Assembly (NCBI GenBank): GCA_963845755.1
Contig: CAWJTV010000020.1
Coordinates: 288,001-352,000, forward strand
DNA length: 64,000 nt
Direction: 5' to 3'
Source of the DNA: an uncultured Planctomycetota bacterium
GTDB lineage: Bacteria > Planctomycetota > Planctomycetia > Isosphaerales > Isosphaeraceae
The notes under the pieces were generated by a model. It ran no database searches. It was given only the letters and a program-made list of their open reading frames with translations, and was not told the DNA's origin. A program made the position numbers and the translations under genes. The first letter of the stretch is position 1. Each line of letters starts with the position of its first letter. This document shows positions 56,826-64,000 of the stretch, piece after piece.

Positions 56826-57725
56826 ATGCCACTGAAGATCGCAGCCTTCCCGAAGTGTTATATCGAGCAGATCGCGGGCGATCGGACCATGTCGGTCTTC
56901 GAGTGGATCTCGATGGCGCGGTCGCTCGACGCCGATGGGCTGGAGATGTACGACGGGTTCTTCACGAGCCTCGAGCCGGATTATCTCGACCGCGTGCGCG
57001 AGGCGATCCACGCCGCGGGCTTCGCGATGCCGATGCTTTGCTGCTCGCCCGATTTCACCAATCCCGACCCCGACGGCCGAAAGCGGGCCGCCGATCGCGA
57101 GGCCGAGCTGATCGGCGTGGCGCGACGTCTGGGCGGACCGCGGGCGGTCTGCCGTGTGCTCTCTGGCCAGCGCTATCCCCAGGTCGACCGGCAGCAGGGG
57201 CTGGAGTGGGTCGTCGAGGGGATCAACCGGGTCCTGCCCGTCGCTCGCGAGTTCGACATCGTGCTGGGCCTCGAAAACCACTACAAGGATAGCTTCTGGT
57301 CGTATCCCGAATTCGCCCAGAAAATGGACGTATTCCTCGAGGTGCTGGCCGCGATCCCGGACCGCGATCATTTCGGCGTGCAGTATGACCCGTCGAATGC
57401 CATCGTCGCGGGGGACAATCCCATTGCGTTGTTGCAGGCGGTCGCCGATCGAGTCGTCAGCATGCACGCCAGCGATCGGTATCTCGCCGAGGGGACGACG
57501 CTGGACGACCTGCGCCAGAGTGACGGAACGCTCGGGTACTCGCCGAATCTGCGGCACGGCGTGACCGGAAAGGGGCTTAACGACTACGACACGATCTTTC
57601 GCATCCTGGCCGAGCAGGGTTATCGGGGCTGGATCAGCATCGAGGACGGCATGAATGGCATGGACGAGATGGCCGAGTCGCTGGCATTCCTGCGCCGGAT
57701 GGCCGCACGCTATTTCCCCGATTGA
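56826..57725 (+). CDS. Sugar phosphate isomerase/epimerase (xylose-isomerase-like TIM barrel)
   Basis: LENHYKD, YDPSN, MHASDR, YRGWISIED. Confidence 0.9.
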   Translation: MPLKIAAFPKCYIEQIAGDRTMSVFEWISMARSLDADGLEMYDGFFTSLEPDYLDRVREAIHAAGFAMPMLCCSPDFTNPDPDGRKRAADREAELIGVARRLGGPRAVCRVLSGQRYPQVDRQQGLEWVVEGINRVLPVAREFDIVLGLENHYKDSFWSYPEFAQKMDVFLEVLAAIPDRDHFGVQYDPSNAIVAGDNPIALLQAVADRVVSMHASDRYLAEGTTLDDLRQSDGTLGYSPNLRHGVTGKGLNDYDTIFRILAEQGYRGWISIEDGMNGMDEMAESLAFLRRMAARYFPD

Positions 57726-57734
57726 GGTGACCCG

Positions 57735-58833
57735 ATGGATCGTCTCCGGACCGCGCTGGTGGGTTGTGGGAAGGTGGGGCAGATCCACGCCCAGGCGCTG
57801 GCGGGCCTACCCGAATCGGATTTGGTCGGAGTCTGCGATGTGGACGCCGGTCGCGCGGCATCATTCGCCGCCAGGTACGGCGGGCAAGCCTTCACGGATG
57901 TCGAGACGATGCTGCGCACCTGCGGCCTACAGGTCTTGAGCATCGCGACGCCGCATCCCCTCCACGCCGAGCCGGCGGTCTTGGCGGCCGAGGCCGGAGC
58001 CCATGTGCTGATCGAGAAACCCATGGCCGCAAGGCTGGAGGACTGCGATGCGATGCTCGCGGCGGCACAACATCGCGGCGTCAAACTGGGCGTGATCAGC
58101 CAGCGCCGTTGGTACGAGCCGGTCCTCCGAATGAAGGCGGCCATCGATGCCGGAAGGATCGGCCGGCCGGTGCTGGGGACGTTCGTCATGTATAGCTCGC
58201 GCGACCCCTCCTATTATCGCTCCGACCCCTGGCGCGGACGATGGGACACCGAGGGGGGTGGCGTGCTCGTCAATCAGTCGCCCCACATGCTCGACCTTGC
58301 TGGCATGGCTCATGGACGATGAGGTTGCCGAGGTCGGCGGCTATTGGGCCAACCTCAATCACCCCTCCGTCGAAGTCGAGGACAGCGCCGTGGCCATCCT
58401 CCGCTTTCGCGGCGGCGGCCTCGGCTCGATCGTGACCAGCCTCGCGCAGAAGCCTGGCATTTACACCAAGGTGCACATCCATGGGTCGAACGGCGCCACG
58501 GTCGGCGTCGAGACCGACCGAGGCGCGACGTTCATCGCCGGCGTGTCCGGGATTTCCGAGCCGCCGCTCAACGACCTCTGGACGATCCCGGGCGAGGAAG
58601 ACCGACTTGCCACGTTCCAGGCCGAGGACCGCGCACGGTTCGCGGCCCTCGACGCGGTGAGCCATTACCACGCACTCCAGATCCAGGACTTCCTCCGAGC
58701 GGTCATCGAGGACCGCCCGCCGCTGGTCACCGGTGAAGACGGCCGCCGCGTCGTCGAGCTCTTCCAGGCCATCTACCGCTCCCATCGCGAAGGGCGATCG
58801 ATCCCGATGTCGAGCGGATGGTGTTCAACGTAG
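57735..58833 (+). CDS. Gfo/Idh/MocA oxidoreductase, frameshift ~58297
   Basis: VGCGKVG, HVLIEKPMA, WRGRWDTEGGGVLVNQSPH.LD, EVEDSAVA. Confidence 0.9.
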
Positions 58834-58906
58834 GGCGCCCTGTGAGCGCCGATCATTCTCGGCACGACGATTCGATGCTCACAGAGTACCCTGCGAGGTG
58901 GGTGTC

Positions 58907-60179
58907 TCAGCCGATCAACCGGCGTAGGGAGCGGATGATGTAGGCGTTCTCGGGGCGGTTGCGAGCCGCGATCCGGATGAACTTGCCCACATCCAGCCCC
59001 TTTTTGTCGTCACATGTGCGAGTGTAGATGCCTCGTCGGATTAGGAGCCGACAGACGAGCTCCTCGGCAGCGAGTCCGTTCTGGAGCTCCACCAGGGCGA
59101 AGTTCGCGGAGGTCGGGTAGACGCGTAGTCCGTGGATCTTGGCCAGATCGGCGAAGAACCTCCGCGAATTCCGGATGAACCGGATGCGCTCGCGCTCGTA
59201 GCGCTCCTGGAAATCGGGCCGGGAGTAGAGGTCGAAGAAGTACTCGGCAAGTCCCGAGGAATTCCACAGGTAGCCGTTGCCGAGCAGGGCTCGTATGCGA
59301 TCGGGGGCCATGATCGCGTAGCCGGCCCGGATCCCGGCCACGCCGAAATCCTTGGACATGCTCTTGACGACCATCAGGTTCGGGAACCGTTGAACCTCGT
59401 CCGCCACGCTCCGGTAGGCATAACCATCGCCCTCACAGGCGAAATGGATGAAGCTCTCGTCCACGATGACATTCGGGACGGATTGCAACTCTTCTAGCAG
59501 CTCCACCATGAGCGCGTGCGGGATATAGCCCCCGTCGGGATTATTCGGGTTGATCAGGGCAACCGTATCGGGCCGCTCGCGATGGACTCGCTCGAGATAC
59601 GCGCCGGCGTCGAAGCGGAACTCGTCCTCCTTGTGCAGGATGTTGAAGAGAACTTGGGTGTCCGGGCGGGCGAACTCATAGTAGGGCGAGAAGGTGGGGA
59701 GGTTGACCAGGATCTTCTCACGAGTGAACCGGTGGAGAATTGCCTGGATGATCTCGGCGGCACCGTTGCCGACGAAGATCGAGTCGGTCTCCTGGTCCAG
59801 GACCCGGCCCAACTTGTCGGCGATCACGCGGTTCTGCGAGGGATATAACTCCAGCAGTGCGACGGAGTTTCCTGGGCCGAATCACTTCTCGATGAAAGTG
59901 CATCAGGAACAGCTTGGTGGCGTAGGGATTCGACAGGAAGCAGGCATCGACCTTCAACCGCAGCTCGGGGATCAGCTTGGCGAGCGTCCAGGCGCTGGGA
60001 GAATGGGAGCCAGCCTCCTTCTTCAACCGTTTGATCCGTTCGATCAGGGCCAGCTCGCGCGCGTTGAAATGGGATCGCACTGGGGCGCGCCGTGGCGGCC
60101 GATGGAGCCAGGGTGCCGTGAGGCCGAGGTCGAACGGTTTGAATTTCGGGCGGGGATCGCGGGAACGCGGAACGATCAC
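58907..60179 (-). CDS. PLP-dependent aminotransferase class I/II (HisC/CobD-like), frameshift ~59860
   Basis: DACFLSNPY; GNGAAE, NPNNPDG, VDESF, KSMSKDFGVAGIRAGY, ANF. Confidence 0.88.
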
Positions 60180-60504
60180 TGAAACCTCATGGATTTCCTC
60201 GTGGACGACTCATACGCCGATCCTGACGTCCACCGGAGAAACCCGGTTCAGAACGATGCTCGGCTGTTCATCGAGTCGCAACACGACTTTCACGCAACCT
60301 TTGCACATAGTAGGCCGATCGTCTCCGCCCGACAAGAACCTAGTGCCCGAGTTCCGGGGTCATGATCCCGACTGGAGTCTTCGGGATCCTGATTGATCGG
60401 GCTACACGGCGGACCCATCTTCCGCGGGACGCTCGTTATCCGGGGGTTGCATACGACATCTGGGCTCGGCTTTTTCTCATGCCCCAGGGCAACATCAGAT
60501 CTGT

Positions 60505-62004
60505 CTACTTCGACGGCTCGATACGCACATGCAGCCTGGCAGTTGCCTTGCGGCCGTGACGGTCAGTACGCTCGACTCGGGGCAGATAATCGCCGGGCCT
60601 GGCGAAGCCGTGGGTGGTCACGGCGTAACCGTCGAGGGCGAGTTCCTTGACGTTGCCGTCGGAGTGCACTTCCACGGTCGGGCTGCCGTCGCCGAAGTCC
60701 CAGGTCTCGCTGCCGTCGGTAGTGTCGAAAGTGCGCACCTTGAAGGTGATCGGGTCGCCGGGATGGAGGTTCTCCGTCGGCGCGTACGCCGCGTGGATTC
60801 CCGGAGGAATGGGGTCGGAGCTCGCGGGATCGAGTACCTGGACGATGGCGAAGTCGTACGCGACATGGCCATGGTTGTCCGAAACCTTGAGGATCTCGCT
60901 GTACTCGCCCGGACTGTCGTAAACGCGATCCGCCCGAGGCCCCGAGGCCGTTTTCCCATCCGAGAATGTCCAGTCGTACCGCACGATGGCACCCGATCGG
61001 CTCCAGGAGAGCGAGCCATCGAGGCCGACGCGATCGCCGATCCGAGCCAGATGGTGCGGTCGGGCCACCGCGACCACCGCCGGCTGTTGCTCTCGCAGGG
61101 CGGCCTCCCAGAGGAACGCATACCCCTCCTGCGTCCCCCAGCGGCCCGAGGGCTGTCGGCTGACGATCTCGAAGTGAAGGTGCGACCAGCCGCCACTGCC
61201 CCCTTCCTTGCCGAGCACGCCGATCTTCTGGCCCATGGCGACCAAAACTCCGGGCTTGATCGCCGCGTCGAACGTCTGGAGATGACTGTAGCGGTAGTAC
61301 CAACCGCGATCGTCGAGGATGTAGACGACGTCGTAACGCGGGTTGACCGGAGTCCCTTCGTAACCGGGAAGCGCGACCTTGCCGACGGAGATGACGCGTC
61401 CCGCACTGGCGGCCACCACGTTGACCAACCCTTCGGCCCCACCGATATCGAGCCCGCTGTGATAGTAGATCTTCCGGATAGAGGGCTGCTCGACGCCATC
61501 GACGTAGGTCGGTTCGTTGGCCATCTGGGTAGCCGAGGCGAACCAGCGCTGGCGGACCGGATAGACGAATGTTCCCGGCTCGATCCAGGGCGAGCCGACC
61601 GGCCAGAGCCGAATGCGTGCGGCCTTGGTAAGGCCCCAGTGGTCCTGGGTCGAGTTCTTGAGGTAACCCCCCGTGATCGGGCAGTCGACCTGTACGCCGG
61701 CGACGGTCCGAGGCAGATGGTAGGTTCCCGAGGTCAGCTCGATCTCCTGCCCGTTGACCTCGACCTTCACGACCGCCCGGCGAACGGCATCGCGAATCGG
61801 ATCGCGGGACTCCTCCAGCGCCAGAAGCTTGACCCGCGCGATGGTCGCATCGGAGAACTCGACTTGCTGCGACTCTCCGATGTCGAGGTCCATGACCCGA
61901 AGGCGAGGCGTGCGCGTCGGCGGGTCCTCGGCACCTGCGAGATTCCCCAGGGCAAGGATCATGGCGAGAATCCAGGCAAATCGACGCATCGTTGCCATTC
62001 TCAT
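60505..62004 (-). CDS. M23 peptidase-like + two PKD domains, secreted
   Basis: HSGLD, YSHL, HLHFE; WTFSDG and WDFGDG PKD motifs. Confidence 0.85.
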   Translation of the reverse strand: MRMATMRRFAWILAMILALGNLAGAEDPPTRTPRLRVMDLDIGESQQVEFSDATIARVKLLALEESRDPIRDAVRRAVVKVEVNGQEIELTSGTYHLPRTVAGVQVDCPITGGYLKNSTQDHWGLTKAARIRLWPVGSPWIEPGTFVYPVRQRWFASATQMANEPTYVDGVEQPSIRKIYYHSGLDIGGAEGLVNVVAASAGRVISVGKVALPGYEGTPVNPRYDVVYILDDRGWYYRYSHLQTFDAAIKPGVLVAMGQKIGVLGKEGGSGGWSHLHFEIVSRQPSGRWGTQEGYAFLWEAALREQQPAVVAVARPHHLARIGDRVGLDGSLSWSRSGAIVRYDWTFSDGKTASGPRADRVYDSPGEYSEILKVSDNHGHVAYDFAIVQVLDPASSDPIPPGIHAAYAPTENLHPGDPITFKVRTFDTTDGSETWDFGDGSPTVEVHSDGNVKELALDGYAVTTHGFARPGDYLPRVERTDRHGRKATARLHVRIEPSK

Positions 62005-62005
62005 C

Positions 62006-62248
62006 CTAAACCTTTCGGATGAATCTGAGCAAGAACAACAAGATCACCGCGCCAACGGTTGCGGAGATCAACGATCCCAGTAATCCCCCGGTATTCACCC
62101 CGAGCCGGCCGAAAACGAAACCCCCGATCAATGCGCCGATGACGCCGATAATCAGGTCCTCGACCCAGCCCGAACCGCGCCGTTTGACCAGGAGTCCTGC
62201 CAGCCAACCAGCTGCCAATCCGATCAGGAGGAACAAGAGGATATCCAC
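62006..62248 (-). CDS. GlsB/YeaQ/YmgE transglycosylase-associated membrane protein
   Basis: IGLAAGWLAG…DLIIGVIGALIGG…ATVGAVILL. Confidence 0.9.
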   Translation of the reverse strand: MDILLFLLIGLAAGWLAGLLVKRRGSGWVEDLIIGVIGALIGGFVFGRLGVNTGGLLGSLISATVGAVILLFLLRFIRKV

Positions 62249-62802
62249 GTCCAAAGTCTCCGGCTGAGGCCCACTCCTCGGCGCGAGCGCGCCGGTCGAC
62301 GATCCGATTCCCACGACGGACCTGATCGGTCGGAATACGAGTCTGAGTTTCGCGCAGGTCGGCCCGTGATGCAACCGCTCGCTGCCAACGATCACAGGTT
62401 TCCTTCCGCCTAGGCCGCGAGACGCCATGTCAGGAACCAATCCGGCCTCCTCGCAGACTTGCCGATCGACAGAACCCCGCCATCTCCCGGATTCCGAAGA
62501 ATCGCGAAAGACCTTCAAGTTTTCCTTCGGGGAATCCGAAAGAAATCGATAGACGAGAATCTTCAGAACTGACGACTGACGGCACTCGTTGCGACGAGGA
62601 CTCCCGCGTGCCTTTGCTGGCTCTCCGAGTGAGCAGGGTCGGACGGGGGTGTCCCTGTGCCAGAAGTTTGGGGAAATCCCGAGCGAGACATCCTGAGCAG
62701 ACTGGCCATCGCATGGCCGTCTGTCTGATCAGCTTCCGCGCCTGGTCACCGTTGCGCGGCCGGCTGAGAGTATGGCCCCTTCATGCGCCGAGCAGGGCAA
62801 CA

Positions 62803-63766
62803 ATGATGTTCGAACTCCTCGTGAAGTGTGTGGCGCTGATCGCCGTCATTCATGGCCTCCGGGCCGTATGTCGAACGGATCGGTCCCCGACTCAGCGGGT
62901 TGATCCTCGGTCTTCCCAGTTCCACGGCAATCGTCTTGTTCCTTTGCGGTCGGGAGCGAGGAGCCGTCGGTGTAGCCGAGATGGCCGAAGCCAGCCTTCT
63001 GGGGCTGGTCGCGGCGGTCGCCTTGCCGCTGGCGTATGCCCAAGCCGTCCGATGGGGCTGGCGACTTCCGGGTGTTATCGGAGCGGCCATCGCCGCCTAC
63101 TTCATTGTCGCGTCGGGGCTGGGGTCTATTCATGAAGGCGGTCCCTGGGTGTGCCTGGGGATCGCGCTCGGCGCCATCTTGCTCACTTCGGTGCTAGTCG
63201 CGCGGATCGAGGTTCGAAGCCCACGCGCCGGAGTCGTGAGACGATCGTCGCGCTGGTCGGCCGTGGTGCGCACCGTCGTCCCGGCGGTCTACGTTCTGGG
63301 CGTGGGAATCGCAAGCGGGGCGACAAGTCCGAGGTGGGCGGGGCTGGTCAGTACATTCCCGAGCATGTCCACGGTCCTCCTGACCGTCACTCACCTGGAG
63401 GAAGGGCCGGCCGAGGCGAGCCGGATCGCCAGGGCCCTGCCTTCGGCTAACCTGAGCACGGCCGCGTTCCTGGCCGCCTGCCGGTTCGGCTGCCCGATTC
63501 TGGGTCCCGGGTGGGCGATGCTCCTGGGCTATGCCGCCGCGTTGACGAACCTGGCCGCCATCGAGCTGGCCAACGCGCGTGGCGACCTGCGAAAGTACTG
63601 CCGAATCAGGATGCGGCAGCCGAGCTTGCGAGCGGCAGTCCGACGACCACAGGCCTTCCGAGCTCGGATTCGCACTCACGTCCGATCGGCACCCGGATCG
63701 CTCCGGCGGCACAGGCTGGCGCGTCGAAAACGCTTCGCCCCACATCTCGAGGCGCTGTCTTGCTGA
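62803..63766 (+). CDS. Multi-TM membrane protein with internal duplication, frameshift ~62870
   Basis: GPRLSGLILGLP and SPRWAGLVSTFP half-repeats; first TM in another frame. Confidence 0.7.
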
Positions 63767-64000
63767 TCCGCCCCGAAGGCGAAACCGGCATTTCCTGCTC
63801 CCGACCGCCAGGACGAAGCTCGGGAAAGCTGGCTCGCGGCGCTTGGGTATGTTCTAATAATCAGGGTCCACCAGCGACTGTTGCCTCACTCCCGCCCAAT
63901 AGCCACCAGGGTCCGAACCTGATGCAGATCACCCCCGCGGAACGGCAAGATCCGAGAGCTCCCCGCCCAGGGGCGGAGCCGGCCTCGGCGATTGACCTCG

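Noticed and set aside
62370..62387. TGGCA…TTGCA upstream of the GlsB-like gene as a sigma-54 promoter
   Set aside because: Spacing is GG-N12-GC, not the required N10.
62696..62735. CTGAGCAG + hairpin (cagactggccat/atggccgtctg) upstream of a membrane gene
   Set aside because: A single hairpin without the remaining conserved riboswitch elements.
1..64000. CRISPR array, tRNA or rRNA genes
   Set aside because: No regularly spaced repeats with unique spacers, and no tRNA or rRNA signatures seen. The repeats found lie inside protein-coding genes.

Overview
High-GC planctomycete (Isosphaeraceae-like) chromosomal segment. The assignment rests on a DUF1501 gene, four DUF1559 prepilin-type genes, N-terminal 'LE.R.LL' secretion motifs and a PVC-type CxxCH dehydrogenase. 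About 45 genes are recognisable. Roughly 14 are split by single-base frameshifts, most likely long-read consensus errors. No rRNA, tRNA or CRISPR array was seen. Highlights: (1) A 9-kb locus where four DUF1559 prepilins are mixed with metal-uptake hallmarks: a DUF4198-like/FmdE fusion, a PepSY-TM gene, a CbiM/PDGLE remnant and a Cys-rich 'xxPP' leader ORF. Its leader-DUF1559-PepSY order mirrors the cruR-TonB receptor-PepSY copper-uptake operon. (2) Two paralogous ~131-aa ORFs ending in LCRxxC that bracket an MBOAT-SGNH pair. (3) A coupled AlbA_2/HATPase + ParA module, a possible defence unit, followed by an unannotated 334-bp MITE with TIRs and a 5-bp TSD. (4) A 2600-aa repeat adhesin. (5) Three sigma-54-type promoter motifs. 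All family calls come from motif recognition by eye, not from database searches.
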